NCBI GenBank assembly: GCA_023334545.1
Contig: JAADVB010000005.1
Location: forward strand, 62,001 to 126,000
Length of the DNA stretch: 64,000 bases
Direction: 5' to 3'
DNA from: Salisapilia sapeloensis CBS 127946
Lineage: Eukaryota; Protista; Oomycota
This document shows, in pieces, positions 43,000 to 55,977 of this stretch (the first letter of the stretch is position 1; every line of letters starts with the position of its first letter). The notes beneath the pieces are model-generated. The model did no database searches, was not told the origin of the DNA, and worked only from the letters and a program-made list of their open reading frames with translations. Position numbers and translations under genes: made by a program.

Positions 43000-44150
43000 G
43001 TTTTTGTCTTAAGCTTATTCAACTCCGTTACGAGAAGTGCTATTCGTGGTATGTTGGACTGGGCTAATGGATCAGTATGACATTGTTCCGATCGGTCAAT
43101 GCGTAATAGACGATTTTTTAAGCGAGACTAAATGTCGGAGCACTGAGAGTTTGAAGCTACAATTTCTTGTGTGGCAGACTTTGTTCATCTTGCTTCATGA
43201 AGCACTTGGCTTTGTCCGTGCTGAATTTTTTTAATTAAGGCGCCGAAGCACGCTCGTGTCACTTTTTCGAGTACTTCGCTCACGCTGCCTTGACCGAGAA
43301 TAGTCGACCTGCTTTGTGTCATTTCGTAAAGATGCTTTGATAGAAGATCAAGTTTTATTTTCCTGGCTGTGGCTGAATATATGTACAAGTACTGAATGCT
43401 AGTGATAGGCATACCATTTCATACCTGCGGATAACTTCACTCACGATGCTGTATCCTCTCCTTAAATTGCCAAATCTGTGGTGCTCGTTGCAACTCATCC
43501 ATATAATAATTTTGAAGGCTAGACAAGGTTTGCTAGATAAGCATGTATTGCATTGAAATACCCTGTGCTAAGAGACAATTCTCCAGCTTCATCCATACAT
43601 ACATTTTCGCTGCATCGCGGTAGATTCATTTCACCTAACTGTTACGGTCTCATCGCTACGTTTCCATCACCACTCTACAATGAGCACCTCTGCTTGGCTA
43701 ATATGCTCCAGAAAATGACACAAATTTTCATTTGTACGTGCACCCACTCTTTGCGCTTCAAAATGCGCGAAGTTCAGAAATTTGTCTAGGTTACCATTCA
43801 GACCGAAAATTGTTTTTGGTGTTTATTCGATGTCATCGAAGGTAGACGTTATCTTGCTATTTTATGCCCTGCTCATCGACTTCAACGCAGCGTTTCGTGA
43901 AATTTTATGCTGATTAGAGCAGGGACAATCGCGGATTGCGCTTTGAATGGACAGGTTATGCGTTCCTATCCCTTGCATAATTTTCTTCTGCATCTCTCGC
44001 GGGAAGCCGCATGCATCAATACGATACAAAAATGATACAATGATTATCATTACCTTCTCTAGGAGGTTACCATGACGTCTGATTTGTTGGTTCTTGCTCA
44101 ATTTGGTTTGGTACAAGGGATCAGCTGAGCTATTAAGGCTATAGGAGATT
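43000..44150 (-). other. Unresolved coding-like fragments downstream of U2
   Basis: Short ORFs 43185..43412 and 43862..44116 have splice-like boundaries, but I could not build a consistent gene model. Confidence 0.15.
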
Positions 44151-44236
44151 ATGCAATGTAAGATTTATCTTGAAAGTGTTTGGAAGAGAAAGTCGATGCT
44201 TTGCTAACACTCTTGTTCTAATCTCATTCACCAATT

Positions 44237-47200
44237 CTATGTTTTCTCTCTCCTCTCTGGTCTCTTCAACTCCAAATCGTGCTTCTTCAGCAAAATCGGT
44301 TTCTTCCACGACGATTCTCCTGTGACTTTATCAAAGTAGTAGCACTCTCGATTTACTGTATCCCACAGCTTTTCAACACGGTTATGGAGATTTCGATGTA
44401 GCTCAAGTCGAGCATGTACATATTGAAAGAAGTTTTGAAGTACACTTGCAGCTTCTTCACGATTGATGATGTGGTACTCTCGTTGGCGTTGTCGCCGAAC
44501 TCGTACAAACATGCTTGCCAACAACGCAGGCTTTTCCCATCGTACATCTCCAGTTTTCGTGTTGTGGTAGTAAAAGTGACGGGTCACAGGATCAAATATC
44601 TGCTCATACGCATCTGCAAGAAGTTCCTGTACCCGCTTCTGAGCCATCCTTGATCGTAGCAACGATTGAATGGCTGTCGCTGCAGTATCCGGTGTCAATT
44701 GTTTCCGGTAGTTTTCCAAGTGCTGCCATTTTCGCTTGCGTCTTGCCCTTTCACTCATTGTCGACTGCAGAAGACGAGATGGGTCCTCAAGGTCACGGGT
44801 ATCGACTAGCTCTGGTAACTGCTTTCTTCGACTCGTAAATGTGTTTGGTGCCACCGACATAGCATCAAAGGTTAAATCCCAGTGTCCAAGTAAAAGTGGT
44901 TTAATCCAGGAAGATGTTCCCAATACCCGATCGTAATAGTATGACTGCTGACTGCTATTATCTACTAACTTTCGATAACGATGGCGAAGCCGCTCAAATA
45001 AATGTTGGCGGGTAAGATATTGCCGAGCTAATGCCTGGATTGTGGAGGCCGCATAGTCCATCGGATCTTCGTACAAAGCCATCCTTTGCTCTCTCCGAGC
45101 CTTAATTTCACGGTATCTCTTATTCGTCATTCGTTGTTTGCGACTGCGTCGAAGTATCTTGTTGCCGCGTTCTCTGAACAGTATTGGCTTAGTCCAGCTC
45201 GATTCATACGTGAAAAGATTGTAGTAGTAATGTCGCTTAGACACCGTGTCGTATATCTTTCTGTAGCGAGAACGAGCTAAGCGACGTATAGCATTCAAGG
45301 CGCGATGAGTCCGGAACGCACGTTGAATCATTTTTGCGGCTGCATCAGTTGACATGCGGGCTAAACGCTTTCGCCGTTGTATTTCAATCGGATCACCCAA
45401 ATTATACAAGCGTTTACACAATGCCGGTTCCTTCCAAATGATGGCAACTCTTTTTTCGTTACCACTCTCTTTGTCCTGTTCATTTGCCAACGTGTCGAAG
45501 CTATCGGCTTCCTCTGGCAATAGCGCCCGTTTTCGTTTGTAATAAACCTCTCCTGTCTCCATGTTACAGTGCTTGTCGTACATTTCCATAAGTTTATGCC
45601 TGCACAACTGTCGCGCTTGACGTTGTCGCCAATAGCTCTGCAATACGACTGCAGCGTCTTTTTCTGTCAGTGGTGGGAGTATAATTGGTATTTCATCCGG
45701 ATCTCTCATAGGGATATCGACATTGGATGGCAAACCTTTCGGCAGTTCCCACGAAGTCCGATTCGTCCAGTGATTGAAGTAAAAGAATGTGTCGTGCTTG
45801 ATACTATATACCTTTTGGTAGTGACCTGCCTTTAACCGCTGCATAAACCTTCGTGCACGCTTGGCACGATACATACATTGTAGCTTTCGAATTGCTTCAT
45901 ACTCGCTGAGTGGTATCTCTGGGGGCCTTTCGCCGTGAAGATCTCGATCGTGACTGCACTGCCTGCAACGCCATATCTTCAACGGAGCAGGATTGAACCC
46001 ATCGCACCTCCAGCAGACTCGGCACAAAGGATGAAGCAAAGTTTCCATGTCAATCGCATCAATGTTTGCTTCTACTGTTTGCTTCTTCCGTTTTTGTGCA
46101 ATTCGATCCACCGCTGGTGCTAAACGTGTCGGTGGTAACGGCTTTCGATGGTCCCTCTCGCCACTGAAGCATGAAGAGGTAAGCGGAGGTGGGGGGATAC
46201 GGCCCAGATCCAAACGAGGCACTTCGACGGGCTTTACCCGCCACAACCGTGCGACTTCCTCACCTTCATAGCTTGCTTCAGTGCGAGCAGCAGTGTTAAA
46301 GACCGTAAAATTTCGCCCACAAGATAGTGATACGACTCGATTAAAAGTTCGATAGTCCGGTAGTTCTAGTCTAGTTGGTGTCGGAGAATAACCCACGTAG
46401 CTTCCCCATGTGTACACTCGATTTTGCGAAGTAAGTACTGCTGTGTGGTGCTGCCCACAGGCAATTTGAATGGCAAATTCCTCATCTAATACAATTTTGT
46501 GTGGTATTCGAACTACTTGAGGTTCATGCAGCAGTTGCGTCGATCCGGTTCCAAGCTTACTTGTGTATACATCAGAGATAATAAGATGAAAGAGATTGAT
46601 AAAGGTTTAAAGTATGCTTACTTGGCCGTAGATACCAGTTCCCCATGTATAGACCCTGCCACCCAAGTCTATCGTTGAATTTCTCTTTTCTCGTGCAATA
46701 CAAGCATTGTGCCAAGTACCACATGCTATATCAACAGCAATCCTGTCGCGAAGACAGCCCTCCACACGTGATGGCATTCGCTTATTCTGGCCAGCAAACT
46801 TTGTCCCATGTCCTAAACGGCTTCCATCGTTACACCCCCAAGTATAAACGCGCCCATCTTTCGACAATGCTAGCGTGTGTAGAGCTCCACAAGCAACTTT
46901 GGTTATTGGAATACACTGAAGGCCATCTACTTGGCAATAGTAAAATGGTTTTGGAAACAACTCCTGGACCGTTCCTTTATCTTTAAAGCCGGTAAGAGAA
47001 GATGGAGGCTCTTTTTTGGCAGCAGATGATGGAAGAGATAAAGCTGCAGTACCTCCGAGCGATGCTGTTGTTGGGGCTACATGAAATTTACCTAGTTGGC
47101 CGAACGTATTATTTCCCCAGCAGAAAACTACACCATCATCCCCAGCGACGCCATTGCAGATTGCTACCCCATGCAAGCTCCCACATGCAATCCCAACGCT

Positions 47201-48328
47201 CTTGTACCGCGAAATCGATAGCACAACGGTTGGTGGATTACTTGTCACTTCGTCTGCGGTCTCAGCGCCAAACCCGAGTTCGCCGTGCGGATTGTCACCC
47301 CAAGAGAAGATCTCATCATCGGTTAAAGCGAGTCCATGTGAATCACTTGCTTGGACATCTCGCACATGCTCCGTCTTAAGAGACCGAAGGAATACTGGAG
47401 GTACGAGCCACTCCGGCGCTCGCTCGGTTTTAGGTGGTGGCGTCGGCACAGATAGCGATGGGCTGTACTTGCCCAATGCAACTGCCGTCTTTCGAATAGT
47501 TTTAGATGCAGTCATACTAGGTGCTTTTGTTGTTGAGGATGGTAATGTGATAGCTATACCCTTGGGTGACATTAGAGGTTTTGATGCTGCAACGACTTGA
47601 GCTTGTGAAGCGGACCCTCCAGATCTGCATAGCCATGAAGACCCTTCATCTGCATCAATTGCGTATACAGCATCAGAGTTGGATGACTTCAAAGTAGGAT
47701 ATACATCAAGTTCACAAGGTTAGTTCGAGGTATCGAAATCAATATTAATTTTGTCCACCGTACTGCAGAGATCCGAGTGAAATGCTTTCCTTGCAGTGGC
47801 CGAATTTCAGTCAACTCTGCATCAGGACGTGCTTCACAATAGTATACATCTCCTTGAGCTAATGCCGCAACAGGTTTAGTTTTAGCAATTGCATTGAGAA
47901 CAATCAAAAGTACCTTTGGCGTGTTTGTGTCGGGCAACAGCAGCGGCCTGTCCTGCTAGATCATTCGCTCGAGCATGCTGATCTAGCCATCTTTGAATGC
48001 GCCCTATGAGAAATATCTTTTTGCCGGTGGATGGCAGGTTTAAGGACAATGCTAGCAAGCGAAGTTCGTCATATGACTTGGTCCGAAGGTCAATGCGACG
48101 CCAGTGACCTCGTGCACGAACACGATGGAAAGCTTGAAGCGATCGAAAAGTGCTCTTAACATCTGCACGAGTCATTTGAAAAGCACTTCGCAGTAGATAG
48201 CTCCGGAACCTCTTTTGAATCATCGTTGCAGCAATTTCCCGCCGGCGTTTAGCCCGGCCAGGTTTCCATCCTACATCCAGCTTTCTTTTGACTTTTTTCC
48301 GACCGTCACTTGCACCACGATTCCACAT
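44237..48328 (-). CDS. Multidomain protein: IQ + SAP + RCC1 repeats + CxxC/His zinc-finger-like motif + six IQ-WW modules
   Basis: ORFs 47882..48328 (IAATMIQKRFRSY; DLRTKSYDELRLLALSLNLPSTGKKIFLIGRI), 46607..47692 (RCC1: FSWGDNPHGELG, IACGSLH, FCWGNNTFGQLG, VACGALHT, YTWGCNDGSRLG) and 44237..46417 join through GT-AG introns (…GIYGQ|LGTGSTQ…IACGQHHT…VYTWGSY). Confidence 0.8.
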
Positions 48329-49868
48329 GGAGTCTTTGTGATGTCATTTGAAGCTAAAATGTTTATCGTCCGTTTCATTCATGCTAAGTGGCTCATGAAC
48401 ACCGCCTACAAATGAAGGGCTGTTTCAGGTTCCTAATAGTATGCTCGTCAACTTTGTCGCGAACTCTTATGATTTGAGGATGTCGAGACATGATAAGTGC
48501 AGTTTGTCGAGCGAAGATTCTAATTTAGTAGTCTTCTACATCCGCATATTAAGGCCGTGTACGATGAGCGGATACTCAAGTATGATGCAAGGCATTCAAG
48601 GCATTCAAGGCATTATGTGAACAAATACACAGAAATTGTAATAGGATTGAATACCCAAGTCTTTGGCGGTTCATCCTATTCTTACGTCGCTATCCACCTT
48701 TTCCTTCCTATCCACGTACATCGACCGTTTCTCTGTCGTGCTTTGGTGGGAATATTGTCGAGCGTATCGCGGTGTATCAACGAAAGTCACTCAGGTTGAA
48801 GTTTCATTCGATTTACTTGCAACATTGAGCTCTTCGCTGTTTTACTGGGACGAATACAGTACGAGTTGTAAATATTGATCAATTATGTCATCCACCACTG
48901 TACTACGTCTGTTCCGAAATAATAGCGAAGAGTTAACTAGCGCAAGTAAAGCGAAGAGCTCACTTAGTCTTTCGCGCACTTTTTCAATTTTGCACACTTC
49001 GAACACCAGGCATGCCTTGAAGGCTTCTCGAAGATGGTTTCCTCACGATTGCATCAGAGACGAAGACCCTGATATAGACTAAGGCTATGAAGCGGCACCT
49101 CCATTGGTACCATCGATCACTTGCATGTTTACCCCACTTTCGAGAAAAGTTGTACTGAAGTACTACGTTGGGTTTCCAATGACAAGTGGCAAAGCAAATT
49201 CGGCTACTGTCAGCGAATGCAGAGTTGCCCGATTCGATCATCATGAGTAGAATGGCAAGAGATGAATGCCCAACCTTGCCGAACCGGTATTTAGCGTGAG
49301 CATGGTCTAAATGTTTTGCGTAAGTGTGTTTAAGGGTACGCCAAGGTCAAATCAAGGCGATAACAGACGACTTAACTGGCTTAGCAAAGAGTTACTCTAT
49401 TGAGCAGAAGCAAAAGAATGGCATGGGAAAATGACGACAGTAGGTGTACTCGATATAGCTTCCGACTAGTAGCTTGGTGGGAAAACTAAACTCATAAAAG
49501 ACAAATCGTAAAGATAGACCAAGTCCAAGTATCTTGACATGTTGATTTCCGTATATAGTCCAGTATGAAATCCTCAAGTAAAGTGATATCTTTCAGTTTT
49601 AAAGTGGATATTTTCGAACAATTTTGATTCCAATCTTTATAACTCAGCAAACAACGCCGTCTTGAATCATTTTTGCTTAATAAAAAGGCTTCACTACCGC
49701 CCTCGTCCTCTACGACTACCCTGTATCTAGTTCAAACTCGATCACAATTCTTTAGTATTCTCTCGAACGAATTCATAGTCAAGCAAGTTTCACTCGTAGC
49801 AAAACTGGTCTTCCTTTCATCCAAACTTCTACCAATCTTTCAAAACCAAACGCCATCTTCTAACTCTG

Positions 49869-52800
49869 TTAAAAGACACCGACGCACCAGCGTTGGTACC
49901 GGTCATACCAATTCGTTCGCCAATTATCCAACGACGCATCAATCAGATCGTGGACAAAGTCTTCACAGGCGCTAATATCCAAATCCGGTCGGAACCGATC
50001 CGCCAGCTTCTCCACGGCAGCAATCGGGTCTCCTCCAAAGCACGGAAGATGTTCATTCCCAGGAATCATCATCTCCACCAGCAACAGCAGTCGATGCCGA
50101 TACTTTCTCGCGACAAGGAACGCTCGTAGACACAGCGATCGATACCTTCTAAACGTCGCTGAGCGAGGCCCGCCCATGAGTTCGACAAACTCAGTCGTGA
50201 GTTTAAACGGCGCCTGTTCAAAGTCCATATTCCCCGGATTATTCCCCAAGAAGAAACCAAAGTCAATATGGATGATATGTCCTTCTGCATCTACGAGCAA
50301 ATTGCCATTATGCCGATCCTTCACCTGTAGCAAGTAGCAGACGATCGAGTATCCCGCGAGACTACTCACAAAGTTCGCTCGAGCGCGTTTAAAGCCAGAG
50401 GATCCACGTGGACCAAAGCGTCTCGTGAAGAAATCTAACAGACTCGTGTACTCGAGATCATTGCGTTTCAGCGAGTCGATGGAAATCGTATCCGAGATAG
50501 CTTCTACTAGTCCTGCAGTCGCTGATGTTGCGATCACATCGTAGGGACGTAAGAAGACCGAGAGCTTGGCTTCATCAAAGAGTTTCGAGAACTGTCGAAT
50601 CAACTGAGACGCAAGTTGCTCCTGTCTCAAATCGTCATTCGCTTTGACGATGACAGGCAAGAGTCTCCATCCCGGGAGATCACCAAAGGGAGAAGTCGCT
50701 TGGATACGTCGCTCCTTCTCTGCCCAGCGCTCTTTGAAGATGACAGCTGGAGGTTGATCTTTACGACGAACCATGTCCATGGACGGAGAGAAGACACTGG
50801 ATGCATCTTCATCTTCCGCTAGTTTCGAATCCCTTTCGGATAAAGACAGAAGGAATCGATCCGTGCTGTCGTATCGAGCTAGTCCTCTCGGAGACGACGC
50901 TTTCGAATCTGCTGATCGAGGCGACAGTTCATCACCATCCGACACTTGTGCCCACGTCATGTCGTTCGTCAAGTCATTCGAGTCCTGCGGCATATCCTGA
51001 CTCCATACGTTGCCACTATCCTGTGCATACGAGTTGTTCGATTGGAATGTATGTGGTGTCTCGGACGTCGCTCGTCTCGGGAATGGTTCGATAGATGCAC
51101 CTGCGCCTATCTCGAGTCTCGACATGGCAGACGATGATCTTGAATTCGTTGCCGAATGGCTTTGCGATCGACCCATCGTCGGCTGGGACAATGGTGGTGC
51201 ATCCTCTGTCTTCTGTTCAAAGTCATCCGTCCTCCTGCGTGGACGCTGTGGTACTATATCTTTATCCTGTTCTCCTATCCACTGTCCTCCAGCAGTCATA
51301 CCGACAGACGCACGTCGTACGAGGTTATCTAGAAAGCCATTCAATATCTCCGTTGACTGTGCCATGGACGAAGAGATCGTATGTGAAAGAGATCTCATGC
51401 GTGGAATACGTGCTGGTTGACTTTCACTCCAGAAACCAAGTGTCGAGTCGTCAGGTGTACCATTGTTAGTCGTAAAGGCACTGCTTATATGACCCTGACG
51501 AGGTGTCAGCATATCATGATGTCCTTCGCTTGTTTGTGAATGATCGAATAAAGATCCGAATTTAAAACGATTCTTCTTGTCTGCTGTAGCTTTTGACAAA
51601 TGGTCCGGAGACTCATAGTCAATGACTTCAGCACATAGGAGAAAAGGGACACGCTCCCTCGTACTAAAGGTAAAGCTTTCACCGACGTGAATGTGTTTAA
51701 TCGTATGACGAGAGTTACCCACAGGGATGTAGAGTGCATTGCTTGGAAGGTATTGACTCTGTAAGTCTTCCAACCACGCACGTAGCATGTCGTTACGACG
51801 ATTGATACTGATGGAACGGAGGTTGGATGAAACGTTCGCGAGAGCGTTCAAGAAAGTCGTCTCCTGTTCAAACGGATTCCTTTCTTCCTCTTCACTTTCG
51901 CGACTCGAATGGCCACTTTCGAGCGACATACGAGCGTCTGCAAATGTGTTGTACTTTTCTTCCGTTGACGTTAACAGCGCTTCGGATTCTTGACTACTGC
52001 CAGAATGACGAGATGGACGACTTGTCTGTTGAGCTCTCTGCTTCTGTAGTCGATGTTGCAGCATCGTATTCGCTGCTTGTCGAGCGATACCACGTGCTGG
52101 ATCTAGTCCTCGATCAGATACTTCTTCAATCAGCATATTGACTCGCTTTGAGTTCTCGTCACTCGCAAACGACTTGTTGTCGAGACAGTAGGACTGCAAG
52201 TACCACAACATCTTGTGCGCAAACACATGCGACCTATACACCTCGTTAGATATTAGTCAAAGTGTGTCAAGTAGAGCTTACGTACGTGCTGCATTTCTCC
52301 AAGAGAAGGATACCGAGCTGCGGACTTTGCATAAATGCTCCGAGTAGTAGGAAACTACACATCTGAGGAAGATAGAACTCGAATTCAGACGGATGCTGTT
52401 CATATGCGATAGTCAGTCCTTCCACAGCGCCTAATTCATTCTATTAGACAAGTCGATCTATGTTTATACACTAGAAGAGCATACCGTCTCGATGAGCGTA
52501 TAAACGCACGAGCGCTTCGAACGTCGGGTCTGTCTTTCGTCGTTGAAACTGCTTGACGAGACGCGTCCACTTTTGCTGCCATCGTTCTCTTCGAGATAAA
52601 CCACCTTCCTCCTCTAGCTCTTCTTCCGTCGGAACGGCTAGTTTTTCATTTAAAACGTCTTGGAGCAACGAATCGTCTGCTAATCTAGCTCGACTCTTGT
52701 TGAGCCGGAGGAAGTAGACCAACTGGATGGAGCAACTAAGCACCGCGAGCGTCGAGAGTAACAAGAGGTACTGCAGTCCCCACTTTTGCTGTCGTAAGAG

Positions 52801-53118
52801 TGCAAAGCTGTCTTTTTCCTGCCAATACACCAAGACTGGGGAGATGCTAAAAACTGTCAAGGTCAATTGAAATAGCACAACGAGGAGGAGGAAACGGCGC
52901 GTCGCCGGCGCACGCTTCCCCGCTCGACGCACAGCGAGGAACCAGATGAGACGAGCAACGGACAGGACAACGACTGCACACAAGGACTGGTGAAAGTGTC
53001 GAGCGCTTTGCAGATCATGCTCGACGAACGCATAGTCGCGATACAAGGCTGGCAGACCAAAGTACACGACGGGTATTAAGAGCTCTGAGAAGACGGCGGA
53101 GAGGCCGAACGCTCCCAT
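49869..53118 (-). CDS. Phosphatidylinositol 4-kinase (type III-beta/PIK1-like) with an N-terminal four-TM segment; 3 exons, 1047 aa
   Basis: Kinase domain: IVKANDDLRQEQLASQLI, SLAGYSIVCYLLQVKDRHNGNLL, HIDFGF, FEQAPFKLT. LKU-like FEFYLPQMCSFL…SHVFAHKMLWYL. Exons 53118-52485, 52430-52286 and 52233-49869 splice in frame through 54- and 52-nt GT-AG introns. Confidence 0.9.
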
Positions 53119-53378
53119 ACTAAGCTTTAATATCTAGATGAACCTACGACTTGGAGATAAATAGGGACGGCGTGAAGGACAGCAAGGTGGGCGTGGTAGA
53201 GAAATAGATCGCTTGCCTTGCTTTCGACGTTGCAAAACACCCGTGATCGACAAAAATAGCATCATATCACAACAAAAGATATAGAAATGAACACCGCATT
53301 ACGAGACATCAACGCACTTCGGCGCTTCAACACCCGACCAGCCACTTGCCATGGCAACAAGACATGTATTTACCAAGT

Positions 53379-54112
53379 CTATCGAGGACCGTACTTCCCT
53401 CCGCCACGGCCTCCACCTCGACCGCCGCCACGGCCGCCTTGCCATCCACCTGTAGGAGGCTTGGGCTTCCCAGCTAGCTCTACCTTGATCGTCTGCTCTC
53501 GGAACTCGGAGCCTAATGTCATACAAAAGTTAGTACAAGTACCAGTGGTATTGTATGGAGAGAAGTACCATTGAAAAACTGTGGCGCGGTGCGTGCAGCA
53601 TTCGCGTCTTCATACGTGATCACAGCGTCTCCTTTGACCGCACCACTATCGTCCGTGTAAATCTTGATCTTGAATGGCCATTGATCCTTAAATCCTCGCT
53701 TCTGCTTTTCACGAGCAATGACGCCGAGTGCACCAAACGTTTCTTGGAGTTCATCCACTGTGACGTCTGTGGGTAGACCAGAGATGTAGATCCTGGACCA
53801 GGTCGGATCCTTTTCAGCCTCTTTTTTCGGATCCCAATCATCCGACGTCTCCGGCTGCTGTTCCCGTGGAGGATTGTCTTCGCGCGGCTTTCGCACTGGA
53901 GATTGCCTCCGACCATCATCCCGATCCCTTCTGCTGCGATCGCGATCACGATCACGGTCCCGATCGCGAGACCGTTCTCGAGGTCGAGGCCGTTCCCGAG
54001 CTTCTGGAGATCGGTCGCGACTGTGACGCCGATCTCGCGACCTGTCAGACCTACCAGACCTACCACGGTCACGGCTGCGACTGCGTGGACGATCCCGACT
54101 ACGTTCGCTCAT
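53379..54112 (-). CDS. RNA-binding protein with RS/RD-rich N-terminus, FET (FUS/EWS/TAF15)-type RRM and RGG tail
   Basis: RIYISGLP…FGALGVI…KIKIYTDDSGAVKGDAVITYED…AARTAPQFFNG | SEFREQTIKVELAGK…GGRGGGRGGGRGGGKYGPR*. Confidence 0.85.
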
Positions 54113-54416
54113 TCACAACAGTAGCTTGTAGTACACTTCCCAACCTTGTTGGCTGTGCGCTATGTACATGACATTTTCCTATTTCTATCCATTTCATATA
54201 TACTCGGTACATGTACATATAAATAAATTGCAAGCTGTCCGGCGTATTGTTATCGAGACAAATTGACACAAATTACTTGTGGACGAATGAAAGACCTAGA
54301 GTCAGCGCGTTTTACGACATAAACCGGAAGGCGAGTCCATAAAAAGCGAAGGAAGAGGAAGAAACGCCTCGTGCCTCCCCACCACCTCCTTTCGATCCTT
54401 TTAGACGGAGCTCAAG

Positions 54417-55791
54417 ATGACAAGCGAGACGGATGAAAAGACACGAAAGCCAGAAGGTATGCACTTGTCTTCACTCTTCTTACGGCTGTATATGCTGATC
54501 TATATGGCTTGCAGACACACCGTTTAAGCAGCAAAAGCTCAAGGCGTGGCAACCCATTCTAACGCCAAATTGGGTCATTGGCACCTTTGCTGTCGTCGGT
54601 CTTATCTTTATACCCATTGGCGTCATTCTCCACTTTGAATCAGAAGGGGTATATTTCATGTGCATGCATATCATTCTATCTGTATACTTAGGTGCATTTT
54701 GGATCTAGGTGGTCGAGTACTCGATCCAATACGATGGAAATGGAATGAAAGATGCGAACTCGAGTAATATTGAAAATCTCGGGAGTGGATGCTACTTGGA
54801 TGAGGAAGATGATGGAGATACGTTTAACGTGACGAAGAGAGGGTGTCTCGTGAACTTTAAGATCGACAAGGACATGGTGGCTCCAGTCTACGTCTACTAC
54901 CAACTTGACAACTTTTATCAGAACCACCGTCGATACGTCCAATCTCGGAGTGACTCGCAGCTGCGTGGCAAGTATGTCGAGGACCCAACGAACTGTGATC
55001 CGATGAAAGAGACGCCAGACAAAGTCTACAAGTACAACAGCACAGGCGATCGTATCGATGATGATAAGAAAAGTTACCGTCTCAACCCATGTGGACTCAT
55101 CGCCAACAGCCTTTTCAATGGTACAAAACTTTTCTATCAAGTAACGACACGAGTGCTAACGACTTGAGGTATAGATATCTTTTGGGTGAACAGTCTGACG
55201 CTTCCGAATGGCAACATCTACTACCAAGAGAACGAGTACGATGGGGATGACTTGGTCAACGTCATGGATCAGACTGGCATTGCATGGAAAACGGATGTAG
55301 ACACGAAGTTTAAGAACTTGCCGGAAGATGAACGCAACGAGGAGGAAGAGCTGTACTTGTGGGAGAATGAAAAGTATCGGTACATCGTCCCGAAGTACGA
55401 AGGACAGGAGCCGATTGCGAACGTGACGGCATGGACGAAACCGGCACCATCCTTTGGTGTCCAGAACGAGCACTTTATTGTATGGATGCGGACGGCTGGG
55501 CTTCCAAGCTTCCGTAAGTTATACGGTCGCATCGATCAGGACTTGGATGCTGGCACGGAACTTCAGTTCCTCGTCTCAAGCAACTTTGTCGTGTCGACGT
55601 TTGAAGGCAAAAAGTCGCTCGTGATATCGACGACGTCGTGGTTTGGCGGTCGAAACCCGTTCTTAGGCATTGCCTACATTGTCGTGGGTGCATTGTGTAT
55701 GGTTCTCGCCATCCTCTTCTTTGCCAAGCATAAACTCAGTCCTCGGAAGCTCGGTGATACTAGTTACTTGGTCTGGAAGAACAACCATTAA
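54417..55791 (+). CDS. CDC50: CDC50/LEM3 family P4-ATPase beta subunit (4 exons)
   Basis: TPFKQQKLKAWQPILTP, VYVYYQLDNFYQNHRRYVQSRSDSQLRG, PCGLIANSLFN, NEHFIVWMRTAGLP.FRKLYG, SWFGGRNPFLGIAYIVVG. Confidence 0.96.
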
Positions 55792-55977
55792 ACTCTCTTT
55801 CTCTACTTTTTCTTTCTTTTCGACTTGTAGTATGTCCTATTGGAGATTCCTATGGAAGAAGAATGGAAATTACATTTGTACATGCTTCCAGTTAGTCTTT
55901 CTCTTACTTTGTATCATGTGTCTGGAGGATCTCATCGACGTGACGGTTCATGAACTTTATCAGAGAATTCCTCAGAC

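Noticed and set aside
52471-53118. Stand-alone 215-aa membrane protein
   Set aside because: It has a phase-compatible donor at 52484 and is better explained as exon 1 of the PI4K gene.
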